NCBI RefSeq assembly: GCF_006345805.1
Contig: NC_043004.1
Location: 6,944,001-7,008,000 of the forward strand
Direction: 5' to 3'
Length of the DNA: 64,000 nucleotides
From: Octopus sinensis
Taxonomy: Eukaryota
The position numbers and the translations under genes were made by a program. Below, piece after piece: positions 35,796 to 48,060 of this stretch (position 1 is its first letter; each line of letters begins with the position of its first letter). The notes under the pieces are model-generated. The model had not been told where the DNA came from. It saw nothing but the letters and a program-made list of their open reading frames with translations, and did no database searches.

Positions 35796-37272
35796 CAATT
35801 GAATACACATTAAGAAAGAGTCACTAATAGTTTCATGCTTTTATGATACTTTAAATAAGGAGATTAAAAAAAACACACCATGTATCTCTGAGCAATCTTT
35901 CAGGCTCTGTTTTATGTGCTAAATATATTTTAAAACCCAGGATGCTGGATAGTGAAAAAATAAGAAAAATGAGAAGAAAAGCATGAAGAAGGTTGATGCA
36001 AAAAATGGAACAAGAAATGAAAGCAAGAAAATGAAGATCCCCATCCTCCCTGATTGCAGAAACCACAATTAATTTAGGTGGTGTACAACAATATAACAGA
36101 AAAAAATGCCAAAGTTTGTAAGACAACAATTCAACCTGGAGGAGGTGGGCATCCTCCAATTCAACAAAAGATACCTGTCAATGTGTTTGCACCTTCTAAA
36201 AATTTCATATCTGGAATTAAGCAGTGTGGAGAAATTCTTGGATTTAAGAAAAATGTGAGATCTTTCTGCTATATATAAATTGCATTTTTTAAATAGCTCC
36301 ATTAGTATATGGCTTGAATTCCTCCACGATTCTCTGCTTGATTGTATGTGGTGTAGAGTTGGTCTTCAAACCCCATACATGGCTAGCCAACATGGTTGCA
36401 TTACTTTTATCAATGTGCCAGGAAGATAGGTGGTTTGCATAACGTTTTTTGAAATTGCCTTCACATAACCTGATGTAATTCTTCTTTTCTTGATGTATTG
36501 TTGTTACTTCTACCTCATATATGATGGAGTTTAATCATACTGGTCGAGTGGGCAAGCTTCAGCAACTCAACGATTACAACCAGGAGTGAGCTCTCTGTGA
36601 TGTTCACAAGTTATAATGTTCTTTATATTAGGGCTGCAGCTGCATGATATTTTGAGCATGTATTAAAAATCCTCCTGTATTTGTGATTTATTAGAAAATA
36701 CTTATCTAAGAGAGAGAGGAATTTATTGCCTATTTTAGTTTTAACATTTAGGTAGTGGGTGAATCAAATTATTTTCTTAGTTCTGTTTTTATGATATCCA
36801 TTTTTACTTGAAGGATTGTAATGAAAGATTTGGTATTCTATTACAAATGTTAGCTATCAGGTTTTTAAACACTATACGGGTGTGACTGGACTGTTTATGT
36901 CTATATGAGAGTTTCTCATTTGTTTATGATACAGTTTATAAGAGTGAGAGTTTAGATAAAGACAAGCTTCTAAAAAAAATCGACTTTTGTCAGATTAATA
37001 GTTACAGTGATTTTAAGTCCTAATTGACTAACAGTATCAATAAGTTTTTTTCCTAAATTTAACAAGAGCATGACCTTCACAATCACAAGATATTCCCAAC
37101 CCATCATCTTAGTATAGACCAACATTGTAGGATGAGAACTTGGATCTCAATGTATTTAATATAAAGAGATCCACAAGATCGTAGATGCAATAAATCCACC
37201 ATGAATTATAAATTTTACTGAACAAGAATCTCCATGGAATAATATGAGGTACAAAAACATCACAAAAATACA

Positions 37273-37275
<3 letters not shown>
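35796..37275 (-). mobile_element. Degraded Penelope-like element, copy 2 (tandem duplicate)
   Basis: Apparently identical to 34276-35756 apart from a 1-bp indel (catttggttt versus catttgttt). Confidence 0.85.
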
Positions 37276-37302
<27 letters not shown>

Positions 37303-37303
<1 letters not shown>

Positions 37304-39395
37304 CATCATCATCATCATCATCATCATTTAGCGTCTGTTTTCCATGCTAGCATGGGTTGGACGGTTCAACTGGGGTCTGTGAAGCCGGAAGGCTTCATCA
37401 GGCTCAGTCAGATCTGGCAGTGTTTCTACGGCTGGATGCCCTTCCTAATGCCAACCACTCCGTGAGTGTAGTGGGTGCTTTTTACGTGCCACCTGCACAG
37501 GTGCCAGACAGAGCTGGCAAACGGCCACAAACGGATGGTGCTTTTACGTGCCACCGGCACGGGGGCCAGGCGGGGCTGGCAACGGACACGAGCGGATGGT
37601 GCTTTTACGTGCCACCGGCACAGGCGCCAAGCGAGGCTGGCAACGGACACGAACGGATGGTGCTTTTACGTGCCACAGGCACGGAGGCCAGACGGGGCGG
37701 CGCCGACAATGATCGGATGGTTCGCTTAACCACAGCTGCAATTTCCACTGATGTTGATCGGCCTCAATTTTGGTTCTGCTTTCTGATATCTGATTTGATT
37801 TGGTTTGATTTTGATTTTGATTTTGACTGTTCTCACTGGTCTTGCTGGGTCTTCTCATGCACAGCATACTTCCATAGGTCTCGGTCTCTAGTCATTTCCT
37901 TGGGGAGACATAAAGTTCAAAGGTCGTGCTTCACCACCTCGTCCCAGGTTTTCCTGGGTCTACCTCTTCCACAGGTTCCCTCAACTGCTAGGGTGTGGCA
38001 CTTTTGCACACAACTATCTTCACCCATTCTCGTCACATGCCCATACCAGCGCAGACGTCTCTCTTGCACACCACAACTGATGCTTCTTAGGTCCAACTTT
38101 TCTCTCAAGGTACTTACACTCTGTCGATTATGAACACTGACATTACACATCCATCGGAGCATACTGGCTTCATTTCTTGCGAGCTTAAAAATATCCTCAG
38201 CAGTCACAGCCCATGTTTCACTACCATGTAGCATGGCTGTACGTACACATGTATCATACAGTCTGCCTTTTACTCTGAGCGAGAGGCCTTTTGTCACCAG
38301 CAGGGGTAAGAGCTCTCTAAACTTTGCCCAGGCTATTCTTACTCTAGCAGTTACACTTTCAGCACACCCACCCCCGCTACTGACTTGGTCACCTAGGTAG
38401 CGGAAGCTATCAACTACTTCTAGTCTTTCTCCCTGGAATGTGGTAGAAGTTGGTCTCTGCACGTTTTCAGTGTTTATTGCTCCTGAGCATCTGCCACAGA
38501 CAAAAACTATTTTCCTAGTTAGCCTTCCTTTGACATTGCTACACCTCTTATGTCTCCATAGCTTGCACTTGGTGCACCTTATAGAGTTTCTACCTACACC
38601 TTTTTTACAGATCGAGCAGGGCCATCTACCTGAAGGCGTTTGTGACTTGTCTACTTTCCTACTTATTAGGACTTTGGTTTTGGCTAGATTGATTCTAAGG
38701 CCCTTCGATTCTAAACCTTGCTTCCACACCTGAAACTTCTCCTCCAGTTCTGATAGTGACTCAGCAATTAGAGCAAGGTCATCAGCATAGAGGAGCTCCC
38801 AGGGGCATCCTGTCTTGAATTCCTCCACAATTGCCTGGAGGACTATGATAAATAGGAGGGGACTGAGGACTGAACCTTGGTGAACCCCAACCTCTACCCG
38901 GAATTCTTCACTGTACTCGTTGCCAACCATCACCTTACTAGCAGCGTCTCTGTACATGGCTCGCACAGCTCTAACTAACCATTCATCTATCCCTACTTTC
39001 CTCATTGACCACCAGATAAGGGATCGGGGGACCCTGTCGAAGGCTTTCTCCATGTCAACAAAAGCCAGGTACAGGGGCCTATCTTTGGCTAGGTATTTCT
39101 CCTGCAGCTGTCTTACCAGGAATATAGCATCAGTAGTAATTTTCCCTGGCACGAACCCAAACTGCATCTCATCTAAGCTAATTCTCTCTCTAATTAGTTG
39201 GGCTATAACCCTCTCCGTAACCTTCATTACCTGATCCAGCAGCTTGATACCCCTGTAGTTATTTGTATCTAGGGCGTCACCTTTACCTTTGTAGCAGTTG
39301 ACTATTATGCTGCTACACCAGTCATTGGGTATGACTCCTTCGTGTATCACCTGGTTAACTATACGGGTGACTAGGCTATAGCCGACACTACCAGA
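37303..39395 (-). mobile_element. RTE-clade LINE, 5'-truncated, young, inserted in (TA)n
   Basis: Long RT frame, about 500-nt 3' UTR with 61-bp subrepeats, (GAT)n tail, (TA)n on both sides. Confidence 0.95.
37917..39395 (-). CDS. RTE reverse transcriptase with an embedded PHD-like finger; endonuclease missing; premature stop near the C-terminus
   Basis: NYRGIKLL, QFGFVPG, FVDMEKAFD, GVHQGSVLSPLLF, LLYADD, FRYLG, RRLRWYGHV, GRGRPRKTW; TGA at 37917-37919 (probably from CGA) is followed in frame by TLCLPKEMTRDRDLWKYAVHEKTQQDQ*. Confidence 0.9.
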   Translation of the reverse strand, partial: SGSVGYSLVTRIVNQVIHEGVIPNDWCSSIIVNCYKGKGDALDTNNYRGIKLLDQVMKVTERVIAQLIRERISLDEMQFGFVPGKITTDAIFLVRQLQEKYLAKDRPLYLAFVDMEKAFDRVPRSLIWWSMRKVGIDEWLVRAVRAMYRDAASKVMVGNEYSEEFRVEVGVHQGSVLSPLLFIIVLQAIVEEFKTGCPWELLYADDLALIAESLSELEEKFQVWKQGLESKGLRINLAKTKVLISRKVDKSQTPSGRWPCSICKKGVGRNSIRCTKCKLWRHKRCSNVKGRLTRKIVFVCGRCSGAINTENVQRPTSTTFQGERLEVVDSFRYLGDQVSSGGGCAESVTARVRIAWAKFRELLPLLVTKGLSLRVKGRLYDTCVRTAMLHGSETWAVTAEDIFKLARNEASMLRWMCNVSVHNRQSVSTLREKLDLRSISCGVQERRLRWYGHVTRMGEDSCVQKCHTLAVEGTCGRGRPRKTWDEVVKHDL

Positions 39396-39399
39396 TATA

Positions 39400-39442
<43 letters not shown>

Positions 39443-40624
39443 GGTTAGAGCAGCGAACTCGCAGTCAAGGGATCATGGGTTGGAATCTCAGACCAGGCAA
39501 TGTGTGTGTTTATGAGCGAAACACCTAAGTTCCATGCGGCTTCAGCAGAAGGTAATGGTGAACTTCTGACTCTTCTGCCACAATTTTCTCTTACTCTTTC
39601 CTCCTACATCTAGCAGCTCACTTGCAATGGACCTCCTGTCCAGGTGGGGAACCTATACACCAATGAAACTGGCCCTTATGAGCCAGGCATGGCCCAAGAA
39701 GGAACAAACAACATATGTATATAAACAACAAATGCAAACATCCCATCTTCAACTGCCTAATGGATATTTCTATGGTTTCATGTATTTGTATTATGTGTGT
39801 GTGAATGTGCATTCATTTATCGCTGCATGCATTTGCACTGACACTACTCAAACATCAGTATAATTGTTCATGTCACACAGAAACAAAACACCTGTTAACT
39901 TGGTATCTGATGTGCAGATTCAAAGTCATGAAATAAAGGGCCTTATTTGAACACATCATATTGCAAACTGTTAATCTCTGACTCTGGTCTCAATATAATT
40001 TGATATAATATCCTGATGCATTCCTTCCTTCTGCAACAACTCAGGTGTCATGATTCTTCTTCTTTTTTCCACTCAAGCCTTGGAGGATCTGTACAATAGT
40101 TCTCAGCACTGTTTTTTTCTCTCTTCCATCCAGAACATTATAAAATAAAAAGAATATTGTAACTTACATCTCAAAACTTCATTCATATTTTCCCCTATTT
40201 CTTCTTGCCTTTTATCATATGCATGTGTATGTATGCGTTTGATCCTTATTTGATGTTCATTTTTCCATGCATGGAATTTGTTGAGGCAGATTTTCTGTCG
40301 TTGGAAGCTCTTCCTGTCATCAACCCTCACCTGTTTCTAAGTAAGGTAATGTTTCCCCATGGCCAGACTTGTTTTTCACTGAAACCAGGAAATGAACAAC
40401 ATCTCTTGTATGATGGTGAGGCTTATTTATAACCATCATGTGGTGTCAAAACAAAGGTACACACACACATATATGTGGTTGGTGTTAGGAAGGGCATCCA
40501 GCTGTAGAAACACTGCCAGATCAGACTGGAGCCTGGTGCAGCCTCCTGGCTTCTCAGACCCCGGTCAAACCGTCCAACCCATGCTAGCATGGAAAACGGA
40601 CATTAAACGATGATGATGATGATG

Positions 40625-40626
<2 letters not shown>
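39443..40626. repeat. Tandem duplication unit 1 (SINE C variant, unique DNA, two RTE-type tails)
   Basis: Repeated at +1260 bp; identical ORF translations in both copies. Confidence 0.95.
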
Positions 40627-40698
<72 letters not shown>

Positions 40699-40702
40699 AT
40701 AT

Positions 40703-41886
40703 GGTTAGAGCAGCGAACTCGCAGTCAAGGGATCATGGGTTGGAATCTCAGACCAGGCAATGTGTGTGTTTATGAGCGAAACACCTAAGTTCCATGCGGC
40801 TTCAGCAGAAGGTAATGGTGAACTTCTGACTCTTCTGCCACAATTTTCTCTTACTCTTTCCTCCTACATCTAGCAGCTCACTTGCAATGGACCTCCTGTC
40901 CAGGTGGGGAACCTATACACCAATGAAACTGGCCCTTATGAGCCAGGCATGGCCCAAGAAGGAACAAACAACATATGTATATAAACAACAAATGCAAACA
41001 TCCCATCTTCAACTGCCTAATGGATATTTCTATGGTTTCATGTATTTGTATTATGTGTGTGTGAATGTGCATTCATTTATCGCTGCATGCATTTGCACTG
41101 ACACTACTCAAACATCAGTATAATTGTTCATGTCACACAGAAACAAAACACCTGTTAACTTGGTATCTGATGTGCAGATTCAAAGTCATGAAATAAAGGG
41201 CCTTATTTGAACACATCATATTGCAAACTGTTAATCTCTGACTCTGGTCTCAATATAATTTGATATAATATCCTGATGCATTCCTTCCTTCTGCAACAAC
41301 TCAGGTGTCATGATTCTTCTTCTTTTTTCCACTCAAGCCTTGGAGGATCTGTACAATAGTTCTCAGCACTGTTTTTTTCTCTCTTCCATCCAGAACATTA
41401 TAAAATAAAAAGAATATTGTAACTTACATCTCAAAACTTCATTCATATTTTCCCCTATTTCTTCTTGCCTTTTATCATATGCATGTGTATGTATGCGTTT
41501 GATCCTTATTTGATGTTCATTTTTCCATGCATGGAATTTGTTGAGGCAGATTTTCTGTCGTTGGAAGCTCTTCCTGTCATCAACCCTCACCTGTTTCTAA
41601 GTAAGGTAATGTTTCCCCATGGCCAGACTTGTTTTTCACTGAAACCAGGAAATGAACAACATCTCTTGTATGATGGTGAGGCTTATTTATAACCATCATG
41701 TGGTGTCAAAACAAAGGTACACACACACATATATGTGGTTGGTGTTAGGAAGGGCATCCAGCTGTAGAAACACTGCCAGATCAGACTGGAGCCTGGTGCA
41801 GCCTCCTGGCTTCTCAGACCCCGGTCAAACCGTCCAACCCATGCTAGCATGGAAAACGGACATTAAACGATGATGATGATGATGAT
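40703..41886. repeat. Tandem duplication unit 2
   Basis: Copy of 39443-40626; (TA)n at all junctions. Confidence 0.95.
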
Positions 41887-41914
41887 ATATATTATATATA
41901 TATATATATACATT

Positions 41915-42065
41915 ACGCATCTTTCAGTTTCCATCTATGAAATCCACTCAGAAGGGTTTGGTCAGTCCAGGGCTATAGTAAAAGATACTCTAGGTACCGC
42001 TCAGTGGGACTGAACACAAGAACACATCATTGGAAAGCAAGCTGTTTAAACCCACACAGCCAGGC
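41915..42065 (-). mobile_element. SINE family A, 5' half
   Basis: Head and body homology. Confidence 0.7.
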
Positions 42066-42694
42066 CTCCACCTGTGTGCATGTATATATACGTATGTGTG
42101 TATATATTAATGTATTGATGTGTATGTATATGTCTGTGTGTATGCCAGTGGAGAGTATAGACAGTGTTTGTAGTTCAGCAATTATGTGTAAGTTTTATCT
42201 CTTCCATTGACTACAAATAAGATGTTCTTGTCTACCAAGCAGCTAATTTACACACTGCACTTGTTCTGTTTTATGTTTATCTTGGAGATATAGTACATAT
42301 GTTTTGCTTGCATTTGATATAAAATTTAATTATTTCCTTTGATATTTCTCTCTGGACATTTGTGTCATTGTAAATAGCATTCATGAATACATCCTACTTT
42401 TCATTTCCTTATTTTTTTTCCCCCTTTCTTTTATATATTCATTTTCACCAGTTTTGCATTGAAGCAGTTAGCCCAAGTAAAATAGAAACAGGAAGACAAA
42501 ACAAAAACAACGACCACAAAAAAACAGATTATTTATATGGCTGCTTGACATATTAGAAATAACAACCAAATCTCTTCTTACCATCTTAAGCACAAAAGCA
42601 GTAGTACTAGTAGTGTCATAGCAGCATCAGCATCAGCAGCAGTAGTAGTAGTAGTTGTAGTTGTAGTAGTAGTAGTAGCAGTAGCAGCAGCAGT

Positions 42695-43074
42695 GGAGGC
42701 GCAATGGCCCAGTGGTTAGGGCAGCAGACTCGCGGTTAGAGGGTCACGGTTTTGGTTTCCAGACTGGGCGTTGTGTGTGTTTATTGAGCGAAAACACCTA
42801 AAGCTCCATGAGGCTCTGGCAGGGGGTGGTAGCGACCCCTGTTGTACTCTTTTGCTCCAACTTTCTCTTGCTCTTTCTTCCTGTTTCTTGTCCCCGACTT
42901 CCTATGCAACCACCGAGCCTGGATGCACATTCATCCATCCGTTGATGCTCTCAGTGTCGGGAGTTGACCTGCTTTCTCTTCTGTGGGTCTTACGAATAGC
43001 AAAGGACCACGTTTCGGACTTCTCCCACTAACGGGACGAAGACCGCTTCGCTCAACAAACAAACAAACAAACAA
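42695..43074 (+). mobile_element. SINE family C variant with a different 3' half and (CAAA)n tail
   Basis: First about 190 nt align to 19442-19630, then unrelated sequence. Confidence 0.8.
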
Positions 43075-43624
43075 GCAGCAGCAGCAACATCAGGGGCATT
43101 AGTTCTGTCTTGAGTCCTAGGACTCATCAGGCTGGTTACCTACCTGGTTTCCATGGTGCATAAGTAACTGAGGTTACAACACACCTGCCAGTCTTAAAAT
43201 GGAGGCCACAAGTTTTTAAGTTCTAAATTTTAGGGCAACATGCTTTGAATAGAAACAGGAATGACGATAGAAGAGTTTGTTCAGTTAGTTGTTTTTCAAG
43301 TTTATTTCAGATTTTCCCATTTTAAGAATCATCTCCGGCTAATTGTTGAGAGGACATTGGTGTTGCCTTCGTGGAGGTTTGTGCTCTCTGAGAGCTCTTG
43401 CTATTATTAATGTTTTTAACAAGAATGTTATACTCAGGCAACCTACAAGGAACAGATTGTTCCCATCTTTTCTTTTACAAAGCCAAGACTCATCTAATAA
43501 TAGTTCCCTCTAAAAGGTGTTGAAATGGCAGAATCGTTAGCACACCGGGCAAAATGCTTAGCAGCATTTCATCTGCCTTTGCTCTGAGATCAAATTTCAC
43601 TGAGGCTGACTTTGCCTCTTTTGA

Positions 43625-44530
43625 TTTGCATAGCCTATATTGGGGATCTACTTGGATTTTGTCTATCTTGGATTTTATCCAATTAGTCCTTAATGCTTGA
43701 TCTTATACTGCTATTAATGAACTTTCTGTCTCCTTTTTCAGCCTTTCTTCCTGAAACCATAACCATGTCTCACTACTACTCTTTGCTGCAGCTATCTTTA
43801 GGAATCCACCATACAATGCCTTCTCCTGCCAGTCAGATAACTTCTGTTCTTTTTCTTGGCTTTTAATTTTCTTTGGGTTTTTGGTGTCCCTATGTTTTGT
43901 TGTGACTCTAGCATCTTTTGATAAACTTTCTTCACTATTACCTACTTAGGAGTCTATATCTACTCTAGCTAACTCCACGTAGTCTTCTACTAATATTAAC
44001 CCTCTTCTGCCTTCCTTTCTAGGTAAGTATAATCTTGCTACTCCTGCCCTTGAGTAGAGACCTCCATTCATATTGAATTCCTTTCTAGTTCTTCAGTATA
44101 GCTTTGCTAATTCAGTTTTTGTCCATGCTGTTGAGTAGCTAAGTAATGATACTGCCCAAGTATTTACAGCCTTCACTAAATTCAGACCATTTAGCTTTGA
44201 CTTCATTAGCTTCCTTACCCTTCTGATGTACTCATTCTCAATTTTTGTTTTCGTTTCTATAGTTAGTACTCTGTCAAATTCTAACATTCCTAGATACTTA
44301 TAACTCTCCCCTCTTTTCAATGATTTTAATGTCCGGCCATCTGGGAATTGGATGCCTTCACTGTTGACTACCTGTCTCCTTCTCATGACTAATATTGCAC
44401 ACTTATCTATGCCAAACTCCATGCCTACATATTTGTTGAAGAGTCTTACAGTCTGTATTAAGGAATCTCTCTTTCTTTTCATTCTTACTAAAAAGCTTCA
44501 GATCATCCATGTAGAGCAAATGGCTAATTT
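43625..44530 (-). pseudogene. R4/Dong-type RT fragment
   Basis: ISHLLYMDDLKLF, MEFGIDKCA, SYKYLG, RLYLPRKEGRRGL; 5' end abuts (AAT)n at 44538-44637. Confidence 0.85.
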
Positions 44531-44535
44531 CTCCC

Positions 44536-44576
<41 letters not shown>

Positions 44577-44596
44577 CATTATCATCATTATCATCA

Positions 44597-44637
<41 letters not shown>

Positions 44638-44638
<1 letters not shown>

Positions 44639-44925
44639 GAACGTGGCCGTAGCCAGCACTGCATTGACTGGCCTCTGTGCTGGTGGCACGTAAAAAGCAC
44701 CATCCGAGCATGGCCATTCGCCAGCTTTGTCTGGCACCTGTGTCGGTGGCACATAAAAAGCACCCACTAGACTCACGGAGTGGTTGGCGTTAGGAAGGGC
44801 ATCCAGCTGTAGAAACACCGCCAGATCTGACTGGCCTGGTGCAGCCTTCGGGCTTCCCAGACCCCAGTTGAACCGTCCAACCCATGCTAGCATGGAAAGC
44901 GGACGTTAAACGATGATGATGATGA
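44638..44925 (+). mobile_element. RTE 3' end inserted between two (AAT)n tracts
   Basis: Matches the 3' UTR of 37303-39395. Confidence 0.85.
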
Positions 44926-44960
44926 TTATTATTATTATTATTATTATAATTATTATTATT

Positions 44961-45830
44961 ATAGACATTGCACACTATACAATATCGTGAGGTTGTTGAT
45001 TGAAGATACTGTGTCTACTAGGGGGTTTGTACTGTTTGTCAAGTCACAACAAGGACCTCAGACAGACAGTATTTAAAGCAATATGCATGCAGTTCCAAGT
45101 AATGCTGACCTTTGCAATACATCCAGATTGTAGGGTATCTCTAAGGTTTTCAGATATTTTTTCAGATAGGGTGGTATTGAACCCAATGCTCCGATGACAA
45201 TGGGAATAACCTTTATGTTCAACTCTCGTAGCTGACACATCTTACTGCTCTCAGGTCTCCATATTTATCAACCTTTTCTCTTTCTTTTATGATGATATGT
45301 TGATCTCCTGGCAGTGCCACATCAATTATTAGGCACTCTTGTTTGTCCCTCCTAATGGTTACTATACCTGGCCTTTGGTGCTCTAATACTTTGTCTGTCT
45401 GGAAATCAAAGTTCCAGAGGATTTTTGTCTTCCCCTTTTTGTCCATTACCTTTTCTGTTGTATGTTGGTACCAAACACCTGCAACCTTATATCCATACTT
45501 ACAGCATAGTAGCTAGTGGAGGTTTTGGGCTACCTTGTTATGTCTATGCTTGTACTATTTCTGCGCAAGACTTTCACAAGCACTAACAATGTGAGTCACA
45601 CTTTTGACCCTCTTCTTACACATTGTGTGGTATATATTCTTTTTCACTGAGTTGGTATTCAATGCCTGTCCTGGGCCACGATGATTAGGCTTTCAGTATC
45701 GTTTTTTAGGTCACCCTTGTTAAGCCACCTCCATGATGCTTCGTGGTCTTTTAATTTGTTGGTTTCGTGGTGGAACTGATCATATAATTCCATATGGAAT
45801 AGAGTTTCTTCTCTTTCGTTGGCTATTCTT
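44961..45830 (-). pseudogene. R4/Dong-type 3' end (restriction-like endonuclease region and 3' UTR)
   Basis: KILWNFDFQTDKVLEHQRPGIV...CLIIDVALPGD...EKVDKYGDLR; 3' end abuts (AAT)n. Confidence 0.8.
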
Positions 45831-46312
45831 GTTCGGAATTCATTAGCACTCTCAAGTTCATTTTGTTGTTGTTGTTGTTGTTTTTGTTATTATTATTCCA
45901 TTTCACTTCTTAGAGCTCTTGATTTTACTTGCTCTGTCTAATTCTGTAAGAGCGGATAACAACCTGTTGCCAAGGATGTCACAAAGTCTCTTTTTATGAT
46001 ACTTGACATCCAAGTATCAATTTCAAAATCTTTGCTATACCCAACAAAACAGTTTTTTGAGCATCTTCTATCCTTATGTCAATCTCAATTTCTTCAACAA
46101 ATTTCTCAGATCTGGTTGTTAATTATTATTATTATTGCTATCGTTATTATTATTATAAGCACAATCATGCCTCTGCTATTAAGGAGTTTGCTTATCATTC
46201 TCATTGTGTGGAGCCTTTGGGAAGTGTCTTCTACTACAGGTTATTGCTGACTACTGCCACCATCAAAAAAGTGAATTTGGTTGATGAAAACTGTATGGAA
46301 GCCCATCATATA

Positions 46313-46351
<39 letters not shown>

Positions 46352-47624
46352 ATGTATGTATATATGTGTGTTTATCTGTGCAGATGTTTACATTCTGTGC
46401 TTCTCATGCAAAAAGTAGTTAGCTACAAACATTGTTATTTGTTGACAATTATCTGCTAACTCTGTGTTTTCAAAGACATGTAGTTTGAAAACTCCCTTGC
46501 TTGTAAAACGGGTAAGAGTTAACAAGAAGAATAGCATTCAGCTGTGAAAGAAAACTTCACATGTATTCATCTAACTGATAGCCAACATGGTAAAAATGAA
46601 TGTAAAACGAATGAGCAATTTTTGCCACAAGTATGAAGGATCGAAAAACATTACAGAGGAAGGTTAGAAAACCTGGAAGAGTACATTGAACATGAACGAA
46701 ATGAAGAAATGAAAAGTGATGATATACACTGTATACAGTAGAAATGGTGGATTCTAGAATCACTAAAAGTACCTTGTGGTATTTTGTTACAAAGTTTTAT
46801 GTTCTGAATTTCAGATAGTCTCTATGAACTGAGTTCAAATCCTGCAAAAGATGACTTTACTTATCATCCCAGTGGAGGTGAGTGATGATAGAAGTACCAG
46901 AGTACCAAGATACTGTCAGATCAAATACTTGAGTTGAATAAACTGTGATACTATTCCTTGAAAATTTCTGGTTTTATGTCAATATAAGAAACAGTGATTA
47001 TTATCAATAGTGATAGGTCATATATTTTAAAATACTGAAAGGTTTGTTCTTTATTCTCCTGAGTTTAAATCCCAACGGAAGTTATTTTGTCTTTGATCTC
47101 TCTAGAGTAAATACCAGAAGCAACAATCAAACGTAAGTAATATAATGACTCAAATGAATTGACTACATTCCCATCAGCTTATAATAAATAACAAAAAAAT
47201 ATATCACTTCTGGGAATCGGCTACATCTTCAACAAGCTGAAGGAATGATAAGAATATAATTTTTGTAGATCTTAAAGGTTCAAAACAAATGAACAGTGCA
47301 TTAAGCTATCGATGCAGTATAGTGCGGAAAAAGTTTGAAAACAAATTATTTCAGAATATGATATCATGTGTGCATTTAAAATTTTTACATGCTGAGTTCA
47401 AATTTCATACAAGTAAAGTTTTGCCTTTCATCCACCTGGGTTTGATAAAGTAAATATGCAGTTAATTAGTAAAATTGTTTTAATCAGTTATACCTTGTTC
47501 CAAAACTGGTCTGGAGCCAATGTTAGAAATCAATATTTCAGACAAATCTAACTAATGAAGATATTTCATTTAATTTTTTTCATGATCAATTTTCTAAAAA
47601 TTCTTTATTTTTATTTTCTATCTT

Positions 47625-48060
47625 TAACTTGTTGTAGTCATTGGACTGTGGCCATGCTGGAGCACCATCTCGAAGGTTTTTATGTGACCATGCTGGGGCA
47701 CTAACTTGAAGGGTTTTACGTGGCCATGAAGGGGCACTACCTTGAAGGTACCCCTGGTACTTATTTCTTTTAAGTCTGGTACTTATCCAATCAGTGACTT
47801 TTCCCTACTGCTCAATAACTGGGATATTAATGAACCAATACTGATTGCCAAGCTAGAGGTAAACACAGACAGAAAGACACATACACATACACACGCATAC
47901 AAACACTTACACACACACACACACCTATGACTGGCTTCCACACAATTTGTCTCCATGAAATTCACTCACAAAGCATTGATCTGTCGGGCTATAGTAGCAG
48001 ACATTTGCCCAAGGTGCCACAAGCACACGCAGTGGGACTGAACCTGAAGTCACTTGGATT
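47625..48060 (-). mobile_element. SINE family A with a triplicated 3' tail segment
   Basis: 36-bp unit gtggccatgctggagcac...gaagg repeated three times at 47648-47749. Confidence 0.7.

Noticed and set aside
37474-37720. CRISPR-like repeat-spacer array
   Set aside because: Eukaryotic LINE 3' UTR; the intervening sequences are homologous to each other, and no cas genes are present
43111-43130. CUGAUGA plus palindrome tgagtcctaggactca as a hammerhead
   Set aside because: No GAAA after the stem, and the palindrome consumes the core G8/A9
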